Assembly (NCBI RefSeq): GCF_959608125.1
Contig: NZ_CAUHPG010000007.1
Span: 23,578-87,577, forward strand
Length of the DNA stretch: 64,000 nt
Reading direction: 5' to 3'
Source: an uncultured Slackia sp.
GTDB taxonomy: Bacteria > Actinomycetota > Coriobacteriia > Coriobacteriales > Eggerthellaceae
The notes below the pieces were generated by a model that worked only from the letters and a program-made list of their open reading frames with translations, searched no databases and was not told the DNA's origin. This document shows, piece after piece, positions 1 through 8,306 of this stretch (positions are counted from its first letter, which is position 1; every line of letters starts with the position of its first letter). A program made the translations under genes and the position numbers.

Positions 1-7
1 CGCCGAA

Positions 8-1363
8 ATGCCGACGCTGGCGAAGGGCGCCTCGAGCGCAGCGTTTCGCGCCAGCCACGCCGCCACCGCACGCGCGGCCGCGGCCTATAAGCCCAAGGCC
101 CGACGCGTCGCAAGCCCGCTCGACAGCCAGGTGCGCATTCCCCTGCCCGAAGGCGAACGAACCCTTACGCGCCGCCAGCTGCTCATCGGAGCGGCGGGCC
201 TGGGCGCGCTGCTCGCCGTAGGCGCCGGGGCCCAGGCGATCACGAAATCGAAAGAAGCGGCCAACGCCGTCGAAACCCTCGAGGTTCCCGCCGACGCCGT
301 GACGCTGCTGAGCAGCGACGCGTATTCCGCCGTCGAAGGCGACGCGCCGCTTGCCGCCGCAGGCGAATACAAGCTCCCCTACGGCACGCTGGTCTGGGCG
401 AATTGCGACTCCTACGCAGCATGCCTGCTGCCCACCGAGGGGTCAACGCCGCTCACGCAGGCGGGCATCATCACATTGGCGGACGGCACCGTGAACACGG
501 TGCTGCCTCAGCCCGCAAGCGAAGAGCGCGGCTTCGATATCTACGATGCGCGCTGCGACGAACGCGGCATGGTCTGGGTGGAGGCGAACTGCCTCACCGG
601 CGAATGGCGAATCTACCAGGCAACGCATTCCGGCACGTCGATCGGTTCCCCCGTGCTGGCCGAATCGGGTACGGCCGATTACGACGTGCCCTTCATCGCC
701 GCCGCAGGCGGTCGGGCGTTTTGGCAAGTAATGCCCGACAGCGCGGGCTCTGCAGCAAGTGAGGCGTCGCTGCTCAAATCGGCGGCTTTCGGCTCGTCGG
801 ACGTGCGCGAAGACTGGCGCTCCAACGGCCGCATGGGCACGCCGATCTATTCCACGGGCGACGGCGTGGTCATCACGCCGCGCGTCGACGCGACGGGCGT
901 GTACTACCGGCTCACGCTGATCGACGCCGCAAGCGGCCAGGCCGAAGATTCCATGACGCTTCCCGCCGGCATGAAGCCGCTCGAAGCGGGTTATGTCAAC
1001 GGACGCTTCACGTTCTCGTTCGACGCGGGCTATTCCCAGCAAAAGGGCCTTTCGAGCATCGGCACCTATGCGCCCGTCGACAAAGGCGGCGCCAGCGGCG
1101 CGCAATGGTTCTGCTTCGACCGCAATCCCACCGCAGCGCCCGCATGGACGGGGTCGTACTTCATCGTCAAATCGACGCGCACGGTCAGCGGCGTCGACCT
1201 CGCATCGGGCACGTATTTCTCGCTGTCCTGCCCTAACGGATGCGACGACTACGGCGACTACCTTGCCAGCAGCGGCACGGTGAATACCCTGGTCACCTAC
1301 GTGGCCATGCCCGCCGCGGGCGAAACCGAGGCGCATACGCTCCTGCGCGTCTGGAAAGCGTAG
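8..1363 (+). CDS. Tat-signal exported/membrane-anchored protein of unknown function (frame is open to the window edge, so the start may lie upstream)
   Basis: TRRQLLIGAAG twin-arginine-like motif followed by a hydrophobic segment; beta-rich soluble remainder. Confidence 0.75.
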   Translation: MPTLAKGASSAAFRASHAATARAAAAYKPKARRVASPLDSQVRIPLPEGERTLTRRQLLIGAAGLGALLAVGAGAQAITKSKEAANAVETLEVPADAVTLLSSDAYSAVEGDAPLAAAGEYKLPYGTLVWANCDSYAACLLPTEGSTPLTQAGIITLADGTVNTVLPQPASEERGFDIYDARCDERGMVWVEANCLTGEWRIYQATHSGTSIGSPVLAESGTADYDVPFIAAAGGRAFWQVMPDSAGSAASEASLLKSAAFGSSDVREDWRSNGRMGTPIYSTGDGVVITPRVDATGVYYRLTLIDAASGQAEDSMTLPAGMKPLEAGYVNGRFTFSFDAGYSQQKGLSSIGTYAPVDKGGASGAQWFCFDRNPTAAPAWTGSYFIVKSTRTVSGVDLASGTYFSLSCPNGCDDYGDYLASSGTVNTLVTYVAMPAAGETEAHTLLRVWKA

Positions 1364-1431
1364 GCCGCACGCCGCCTCAGAAGCCGGCGCCGCCGTGCGC
1401 CTTCGCGAACCCATATCGAAAAGGACACGCC

Positions 1432-2364
1432 GTGAAGCTTCAACAGCTCAAGTACCTGGTCGCCGTAGCGGAATGCGGCGGCATCACCGAAGCCGCACGG
1501 CGGCTGTTCGTGTCGCAGCCGAGCATCACCGCATCGATTCGCGACCTCGAGCGCGAAATGGGCGTCACCGTGTTCGATCGCACCAGCAAAGGCGTGACCG
1601 TCACCGACGAAGGCCAGACCTTTCTCGGCTACGTCCGCCAGGTGCTCGAACAGGCGGACCTGCTCGAAGAGCGCTACAAGAACAACGCGAAACCCTCGCC
1701 GCGCTTCGCCGTGTCATGCCAGCATTACTCGTTCGCGGTGAACGCGTTCGTCGACGTCATCCGCGTCTTCGACGCGTCGCATTACGATTTCACGATCCGC
1801 GAGGAGCAGACGCACGAAATCATCGAAGACGTGGCCCGCATGAAAAGCGAGCTGGGCGTGATCTATCTGAGCGACCGCAACCGCGAGGTGATCGGCAAGA
1901 TGCTGCGCGCCGAAGAATTGGAATTCAAGCCGCTGTTCATCGCCGCGCCGCACGTGTTCATCTGCTCGTCGCACCCGCTGGCGGGCCGCGCCTCGGTCAC
2001 TTTCGACGACCTGGACGACTACCCGTACCTGTCCTACGAGCAAGGCGACTTCAATTCGTTCTACTTCTCGGAAGAACCCGCATCGACGCTCGACCGCCGC
2101 AAAAACATCCGCGTGCGCGACCGCGCGACGCTGTTCAACCTGCTCATCGGCCTGAATGGCTACACGGTGTGCTCGGGCGTGATCAGCCATGAACTCAATG
2201 GCGAAAACATCATCGCGCTGCCGCTCGAAGCGGACGAGCATATGGAAATCGGCGTGGTCACCCGCAAGGGAACCACGCTTTCGCGCTACGGCAAAGCATA
2301 TCTCGAAGCACTTCGAAGCCATGTTCCAGGCGCTGCGGCCGGCCTTGGCGGCGACGACGAATAA
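1432..2364 (+). CDS. LysR-family regulator, MetR/MtaR-like (methionine regulon)
   Basis: GTG start after AAAGGA RBS; LysR HTH (MKLQQLKY...AARRLFVSQPS); QHYSFAVNAF, YLSYEQG..NSFYFSEE and DRATLFNLLIGL recall streptococcal MtaR/MetR; next to a methionine synthase-like gene. Confidence 0.85.
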   Translation: MKLQQLKYLVAVAECGGITEAARRLFVSQPSITASIRDLEREMGVTVFDRTSKGVTVTDEGQTFLGYVRQVLEQADLLEERYKNNAKPSPRFAVSCQHYSFAVNAFVDVIRVFDASHYDFTIREEQTHEIIEDVARMKSELGVIYLSDRNREVIGKMLRAEELEFKPLFIAAPHVFICSSHPLAGRASVTFDDLDDYPYLSYEQGDFNSFYFSEEPASTLDRRKNIRVRDRATLFNLLIGLNGYTVCSGVISHELNGENIIALPLEADEHMEIGVVTRKGTTLSRYGKAYLEALRSHVPGAAAGLGGDDE

Positions 2365-2475
2365 GGGACCTTCGACAGCGATGCGGACAATTCGGGCTTA
2401 GGCTTTTCACTCCCCTTAGAACCCTTGCGTCATCTGCGGTGCAGTCATAGCACCTGCCCCTTTACATCCCTCCCT

Positions 2476-2492
2476 CATAGGAAATACCTATG
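2476..2492. promoter_or_regulatory. LysR (MetR-like) binding palindrome CATAGG-N5-CCTATG
   Basis: Perfect 6-bp arms containing T-N11-A; about 46 bp upstream of a -10-like CATACT (2538-2543). Confidence 0.65.
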
Positions 2493-2588
2493 GAGAAGCC
2501 GCATCTTCTTGTATTTCTCAATCGCAAACGCAAGCGTCATACTCCTCGGCGTCGAACATTCCACGCACATCAAACGAGAGGACCCGCC

Positions 2589-3707
2589 ATGACCCAGCTT
2601 GCACCCAACCGCTACGACGTCGTCGGCAGCTTCCTGCGCCCCGAACGCCTCAAAAGAGCCCGTGCCCAGCACGCCGCCGGCGTCATCGACGATGCCGCGC
2701 TGACTGCGATCGAAGACAAATGCATCACGGAATTGATCGAGAAGGAGAAGGCCGCGGGGTTGCGCTTCATCACCGACGGCGAGTTCCGACGCGGATACTG
2801 GCACCTCGACTTCATGTGGGGATTCGGCGGCATCGAGCATGTCGAGCTCGATCGCGGCTACCAGTTCGTCGGCGAAGAGACCACGAAGGGTTCGGCCATC
2901 CTGACGGGCAGGATCACCGGCAGCGGCCATCCGTTCATCGAGCATTTCAAGTTCGTGCAGCAGTTCGAAGACGAGAACCATACCGCCAAGCAAACCGTCC
3001 CCGCGCCCGCCCAGCTTCTGCTCGAGCTGTACCGCAACGAAGCCGCCGTCGAGCGCGTGCGCGCCATCTACCCCGACGAGGATGAGCTTTTCGCAGATAT
3101 CGCCGCGGCGTATCGCACCTTCATCGAAGAAATCTACGAGGCGGGCTGCCGCAATCTGCAGTTCGACGACTGCACCTGGGGCATCCTGGTCGACGACCGC
3201 TACTGGAAAGACCGTCGCGGCGACGATTTCTCCGAAACCACCGAAGCCGAAAAGTACCTGCGCCTGAACAACCTGGTGCTGGAAAGCAAGCCCGAGGGCA
3301 TGGTGATCAACACGCACGTATGCCGCGGCAACTACCACTCCACCTACGCCAGCAGCGGCCCGTATGACATCATCGCGCCGTTCCTGTTCTCGCGCGAGCA
3401 TACGGACGCGTTCTACCTTGAGTTCGACGACGAACGCTCCGGCAGCTTCGAGCCGCTGAAATACGTTCCCGAAGGCAAGAAGGTCGTCTTGGGCCTGATT
3501 ACCACGAAGCGCCCCGAGCTGGAAGACCGCGACGCCGTAATCGCCCGCATCCACGAGGCCGCCCAAATCGTGCCGCTTGAAAACCTTTGCCTGTCGCCGC
3601 AGTGCGGTTTCGCAAGCTGCGAGATCGGCAACAAGCTCACCGAAGACGAGCAATGGGCCAAGGTGGCACTGGTCAAAAGCATCGCCGAAGAAGTCTGGGG
3701 CTGCTAG
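2589..3707 (+). CDS. Cobalamin-independent methionine synthase II family, single barrel (YxjH-like)
   Basis: DVVGSFLRP, TDGEFRR, THVCRGN (Zn ligands), YLEFD, LSPQCGFAS; GAGAGGA RBS. Confidence 0.9.
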   Translation: MTQLAPNRYDVVGSFLRPERLKRARAQHAAGVIDDAALTAIEDKCITELIEKEKAAGLRFITDGEFRRGYWHLDFMWGFGGIEHVELDRGYQFVGEETTKGSAILTGRITGSGHPFIEHFKFVQQFEDENHTAKQTVPAPAQLLLELYRNEAAVERVRAIYPDEDELFADIAAAYRTFIEEIYEAGCRNLQFDDCTWGILVDDRYWKDRRGDDFSETTEAEKYLRLNNLVLESKPEGMVINTHVCRGNYHSTYASSGPYDIIAPFLFSREHTDAFYLEFDDERSGSFEPLKYVPEGKKVVLGLITTKRPELEDRDAVIARIHEAAQIVPLENLCLSPQCGFASCEIGNKLTEDEQWAKVALVKSIAEEVWGC

Positions 3708-3830
3708 ACCTGGGCTTGCAAACAGGGGCCGCATCGGATTCGTAGGATACGGCCCCTGTTGCATATCGGGTCAGCGCATGCGAACACGTAAACCCGACTT
3801 TCTTTCCCGCTCTTGTCAACTTGCGCGAAA

Positions 3831-3846
3831 TGTTTCACGTGAAACA
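3831..3846. promoter_or_regulatory. parS centromere-like site
   Basis: Exact 16-bp consensus TGTTTCACGTGAAACA in an intergenic region. Confidence 0.9.
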
Positions 3847-3988
3847 CCTGGCTTCGCCATCTGTCAACCTCTTTCTGACATGGCGTACGAATGGTCCGAT
3901 CGTCCGCATCCACGTCTATGCCAATCGAATACCCTGGCCCAGAAAGGGAGGTTCGTCGTCAAAAGAAAAGAGACCGCTTCGGATACCC

Positions 3989-4195
3989 TTAAAAATAGAA
4001 TAGCTCTTCGAATTTTTTGTCGAGCGCAATGCAAAGAATGAGCGCGAGTTTCGCCGTGGGGCTGAATTGCCCCGTTTCGATAGAGCTAATCGTATTTCGA
4101 GACACTCCCGTCAACTCAGCAAGCTGCGCCTGCGAAAGGCCACGCTGATTGCGCGCCTCTCTCAAGGAATTCTTCAGAATCAACGATTCCTTCAT
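3989..4195 (-). CDS. XRE/HTH_3 transcriptional regulator
   Basis: LSQAQLAELTGVSRNTISSIETGQFSPT HTH; 68 aa; directly downstream of the small membrane protein gene. Confidence 0.9.
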   Translation of the reverse strand: MKESLILKNSLREARNQRGLSQAQLAELTGVSRNTISSIETGQFSPTAKLALILCIALDKKFEELFYF

Positions 4196-4202
4196 AGTCG
4201 CA

Positions 4203-4517
4203 TCAACCCACAATCGCGTAGGCGCACAGCCATCCAAACGCAATAACGCTATATAGAACAGTCACCAGAAGCGTCCATCCCGACTTGCCCTTGCGCCATT
4301 TATAGGCACTCGCAGCAGCAAGATACACAAAAAGGATAGCGAGCAAATCGTACGGATTCCCTCCCTTAAAAAACATTCGAATAAGGAAAACGGAAACGAC
4401 TGCCGCCGCCATAGCGATCATACCCCAGGTTCCTGCCTCGTCGGCCATCCTGCGTTCACGCTCATCCCAACGCCGATTTTCCAGGCGGCTTTTAGCGAGA
4501 ATTTCTTCCCTGTCCAT
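4203..4517 (-). CDS. Small 3-TM membrane protein (DUF6442-like), XRE partner
   Basis: MDREEILAKSR.EN...DERE N-terminus, three hydrophobic segments, GGAGG RBS. Confidence 0.8.
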   Translation of the reverse strand: MDREEILAKSRLENRRWDERERRMADEAGTWGMIAMAAAVVSVFLIRMFFKGGNPYDLLAILFVYLAAASAYKWRKGKSGWTLLVTVLYSVIAFGWLCAYAIVG

Positions 4518-4532
4518 GACAGCCTCCAATCA

Positions 4533-4584
4533 TGCCAAGTTTTATTGTCATTACAAGTATAAGAATGACAATAAAACTTGGCAA
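4533..4584 (-). promoter_or_regulatory. Sigma70-type promoter (TTGCCA-17-TATACT) within a perfect 20-bp inverted repeat (double operator)
   Basis: TGCCAAGTTTTATTGTCATT-N11-AATGACAATAAAACTTGGCA; -10 at 4556-4561 and -35 at 4579-4584 on the minus strand. Confidence 0.8.
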
Positions 4585-5087
4585 GCGGTCGCTTCAAACA
4601 AAAGCGGCCGCAACACAAGGCACTACAACAGTCTGTCGAGCCGGTCGGGCAATTCGTCTTTTTAAGGCAAGTTTGCCAGGTCGGCTCGACATCTGGCTCT
4701 CATGCACCACGGTTGTTGTAACCAACCATACGACGGACGATTTCATATACGAATGTGAGCTCTCCCCACTCGAAAATCTATCCGGCCCCTCCAGAAAACT
4801 ATCCTCACGCCAGATCGCTACCGCATGAGAATTACGAAAAAGGACCCATGCATCGTCAGCTTCATCGACTGCTTACTCGAAAAGGGTGAACGGCAGGCCA
4901 GGCGCATAACGGGTCGTAAAGACAATAGGCCACCAGCCACGAATCTGAAGCCTCTGATGCGGATGGCCCCTTCGCATCGAGAGGCGATCGAGGCGATTGC
5001 CATCGGGATGAACAGTCTGGAGCACGATATCTACATGGCCCAATCGCTACGTGAATCGCAATCCTGATACAGAAAGGAGCAGACGAG

Positions 5088-5855
5088 CTACATGCCGCGG
5101 ACGGGATGACGAAGGACCGTCTTGAGATTTTCGGGCTTCGTGCGACGTGGATCGCCCAGATAGATTTCATGATGCAGGCGCATTGACGGCGCGCCGCCGT
5201 CCACGTCGAACGCAGCCAGCGCGGCGGCAGCATCGAACGAACCCTGCGCCGAATGCCCCCAGGGCGATTCCCCTCCGGCGGCCATATCGCACAGCAATCC
5301 TTCTTCTTGCACGTAGGCCGTCAGCTTCGCAACGGTAGCGGGCTCACTATCGTACGAACCTCGATGCATGATTTGGACGCATGGACCCTCGGCAAAACGA
5401 ATCAGGCGCGGAACCCCTTCCGCGCGGACGCCGCAAGCCGCCTTGCATGCGTCGGCCAACGCGGGCTTCTTCTTCGCCAGCTCGGCACACGCCCACGCAA
5501 ACGTCTCAGACGTCACGAAGTCGGGCTGACGAATAAGCGACACCCATGAAAGCGCTCGCTTATCGACGATCGAGGCGCCGTCGAATGCACCCGCACCCGC
5601 CCACCATAAGCCTTCAAGCGGCGGCACGACATAATCGAAATACCCCTCAGGCTGCCATGGGCCCATCTTCGACATTTTCACCGTATACGAAAGTCCGTAA
5701 AGCAGCTCGACCGCCTTCGCGTAGGCACCGTCGGGCTCATTCGGATCGCCCGCTCCGGCGACGGCGAAAAACGTCATGGACGGAACATCGACGAAAGCCG
5801 GCTCGGTCTTAGGTGCGTAAAGACCTTTGTCTTCCTTCTTGAAATCGAATGGCAT
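5088..5855 (-). CDS. GyrI-like small-molecule-binding domain protein
   Basis: FDFKKE.K.LY.PK, DYVVPPLEGLWW, LIRQPDFVT, CVQIMH.G.YD.EP, HHEIYL.DPRR. Confidence 0.85.
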   Translation of the reverse strand: MPFDFKKEDKGLYAPKTEPAFVDVPSMTFFAVAGAGDPNEPDGAYAKAVELLYGLSYTVKMSKMGPWQPEGYFDYVVPPLEGLWWAGAGAFDGASIVDKRALSWVSLIRQPDFVTSETFAWACAELAKKKPALADACKAACGVRAEGVPRLIRFAEGPCVQIMHRGSYDSEPATVAKLTAYVQEEGLLCDMAAGGESPWGHSAQGSFDAAAALAAFDVDGGAPSMRLHHEIYLGDPRRTKPENLKTVLRHPVRGM

Positions 5856-5869
5856 CGCAACCTCCCGCG

Positions 5870-6292
5870 TCATCTCTGGTTAACTTCGACAGCAGAAAAA
5901 ACATCATCGGATTTCGAGGCGATTTCGCGCTGCAACTTCTTGGTAAGCCTGGAAAACACCAACCCATACGAGTGGTCGCACAGCTCCATGAGCAAACTGT
6001 CGGACACGTCAGCATCGAGGTCGATCGATATCCAATTGCGTTTATCCATGTAAAACCCTGGATAAACGGCATGAGGGAGCTCCGAACGCAGGGCTTCAGC
6101 CCATGCAGGATCGCATTTCAGCGTCAAAAGATGACGCCCTCTATACGGCTCCTTATGCTCAGGACCAACCGTGAATTCAGCAGCGAACATCTTGCCGCCT
6201 ACCAGGTAACGCCACCACTCCCATTCGGCTTTGAAATCCTTTTCGGCGCTGGGCTTGGCGCATAAATACGCATCGACTTCCGAAGTCTTCAT
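5870..6292 (-). CDS. MmcQ/YjbR family DNA-binding protein
   Basis: YLVGGKMFA, TLKCDP, PGFYMDKRNWISI, SYGLV; AGGAGG RBS. Confidence 0.85.
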   Translation of the reverse strand: MKTSEVDAYLCAKPSAEKDFKAEWEWWRYLVGGKMFAAEFTVGPEHKEPYRGRHLLTLKCDPAWAEALRSELPHAVYPGFYMDKRNWISIDLDADVSDSLLMELCDHSYGLVFSRLTKKLQREIASKSDDVFSAVEVNQR

Positions 6293-6438
6293 CGAATCCT
6301 CCTGACAACATGACGCGCCCATCCTACAAAAGAAAACTGGACAACGCATGGCCTGTTTCGAAATGAAGAGAGTCCCTACGCCAGAAAAGAAACGGCCAAG
6401 CAACAGCCGACGCAGGCGCGGGGCCGTAGGCGCAGCCA

Positions 6439-7299
6439 CTAAAGAGACGTTGCCGACACGAGCGTTTCAGTGCGTGGATAAAACACGATGCGAATCCCAT
6501 CTCCCACGGTGGATGTCGCGAAAAACTCTATTTCGTCGCCATCGATCGACGCCAGCTCTATGCGATGCAATGCCGACCCCTCAACGCCACCTTGGACCGC
6601 CACGAAATCGACCTCCGTCACTTCGCCCGAAAAGCCTCCTTTTCGGGCATCGCCGCTGCGCCTCGCCGCATCCACTTCGACAATAGACGCCTCGATGTCC
6701 CGCGGTCCTGCCGCCACATCGATCGCCAAACATGAAAAACGTACGGCCCCGAACGTAAGCGCGGCGCAGGCAAGCATCGCGACGAACACGACGATCACGT
6801 CGCTTATCACGCGCCCCCGCAACAACACGACATCGCAGCGAGCCCCGAATCGCGCACGAAACGCACGCCACACGAACACGACCCAAGCGATCGTCGCTAC
6901 AACAACCCCCGCAACAAGCGCCATACGAACAGCGCCATAGGGAAGCAAGCTGGAAATCGCAATTCCAAGCGCCCACACTCCGACAACGCCCGCCACTTCC
7001 AAAGCCGCGCACAACAACACGGAGCGTTCGGCCCTAATGGCCTCTTTGTGAGAAAATTCCAATCGTTGATTACGGTCCTTGACCCACACATCGCGCAAAA
7101 CCGACCCCGCCAAAACAGCGCAGATGCCGCCGAGAAGCAAAGCCGCCAGAATCATCGACGCAGCGCTCGCAGCGTACGTAACCAATCCTGCCGCGCCGAC
7201 GCGCGAGGACGCGCGGGAATAAAGAATGCATGCAGCGGCGCATACCGCCACTATCCCTGCCGCAAAACGTGTTTTACGCGAAACGCTCGACTTCGCCAT
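6439..7299 (-). CDS. Hypothetical multi-pass membrane protein
   Basis: About 5 hydrophobic segments then a soluble C-terminus; co-oriented with neighbours. Confidence 0.6.
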   Translation of the reverse strand: MAKSSVSRKTRFAAGIVAVCAAACILYSRASSRVGAAGLVTYAASAASMILAALLLGGICAVLAGSVLRDVWVKDRNQRLEFSHKEAIRAERSVLLCAALEVAGVVGVWALGIAISSLLPYGAVRMALVAGVVVATIAWVVFVWRAFRARFGARCDVVLLRGRVISDVIVVFVAMLACAALTFGAVRFSCLAIDVAAGPRDIEASIVEVDAARRSGDARKGGFSGEVTEVDFVAVQGGVEGSALHRIELASIDGDEIEFFATSTVGDGIRIVFYPRTETLVSATSL

Positions 7300-7325
7300 C
7301 TATCGCCCCCCGCATCGTACGGCGT

Positions 7326-7940
7326 CTATTCCTGCGGCGAAACATTCTCAAGAAGCGCTGCGAAGCGAGCTGCGGCCGAAGACGGGCGCTGCGGGAGAAG
7401 CGCCACCGACGAGAGGCCCTCAACGACGAAGGCCTCGACACGGCAGACGCCGCCCCACAGTTTCTCGCATGCGGCCGCCGACACGTCAGACACCTCGACG
7501 ATGTCGACGCTGCCGCCCAGATTGGAGACCACCCCCAGGTCGTCATCGTAGATATCGCCGATCGGCACCAATTCCAGATGCAGCGAAGAATCGGCCTCGT
7601 GAATGCGGGGCCATGCGGCGAGCATCACATGCGCGGGGCACGCCGCCGAAATCCCCAAACGCACCGTCGTGCCGCCGAACGTCTCCTGCTCGCGAGCGCG
7701 GCGCAGCACGTCTTCGGACATGCGCATGATCGCACGCGCGTCTTCGACGACCGATGCACCGGCGGGCGTGAGAAACACGCCGCGACGCGTTCGGCTGAAC
7801 AATTCGATGCCGTATTCGTCTTCGAACGTTTCGATGCGTTTAGCAAGGGCGGGAGTCGATACGCCGAGCTGCTTCGCGGCTTTCGAGAAGCTGCCGCAAT
7901 CCGCCGCCGCAACGACGGAATCGAGTCTTCGATCGTACAC
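7326..7940 (-). CDS. Shortened LysR-family regulator (204 aa; effector domain incomplete), possible pseudogene
   Basis: GSFSKAAKQLGVSTPAL HTH and LFSRTRRGVFLTPAG linker; about 90 aa shorter than a typical LysR; GTG start after GGGAGG. Confidence 0.7.
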   Translation of the reverse strand: MYDRRLDSVVAAADCGSFSKAAKQLGVSTPALAKRIETFEDEYGIELFSRTRRGVFLTPAGASVVEDARAIMRMSEDVLRRAREQETFGGTTVRLGISAACPAHVMLAAWPRIHEADSSLHLELVPIGDIYDDDLGVVSNLGGSVDIVEVSDVSAAACEKLWGGVCRVEAFVVEGLSSVALLPQRPSSAAARFAALLENVSPQE

Positions 7941-8137
7941 TCCGCCCTCCCTTCTTTTCTCCGCAGTTTTCCACAGTGTATTAACTAATTGTTAATAACT
8001 TTTTCCCCTTTTTATCAATAATCAGGGGATAACCTCGCTTGAGTGTTTTGTTTTAGTTAACACTAAAAAAGATACTTTTGTCCGGAGGGAAATCGTCATA
8101 AATGTCCTGGAAATGTAAAACGGCCGGATAAATGCAT

Positions 8138-8170
8138 AAAAAACGGGCCCTCGCACAGTGCGAAGGCCCG
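8138..8170 (-). terminator. Intrinsic terminator downstream of the M18 aminopeptidase
   Basis: CGGGCCCTCGCAC-A-GTGCGAAGGCCCG hairpin preceded by A6 (U-tract on minus strand). Confidence 0.6.
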
Positions 8171-8306
8171 ATTCATGCATCAGCCGCTCTTCAGTTGTTC
8201 GGTGGAAATGGGGAAAACTTTTCAAGGCCGCGACGACGCCTGGGGAAAACGTGACGAAAACCCGCGGCGCGCGAAGCTTAAGACGGCGGCCCCGGCAGCG
8301 TTACCC

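Noticed and set aside
4825..5067. 80-aa plus-strand ORF
   Set aside because: No RBS or recognisable motif; cannot be supported as a gene
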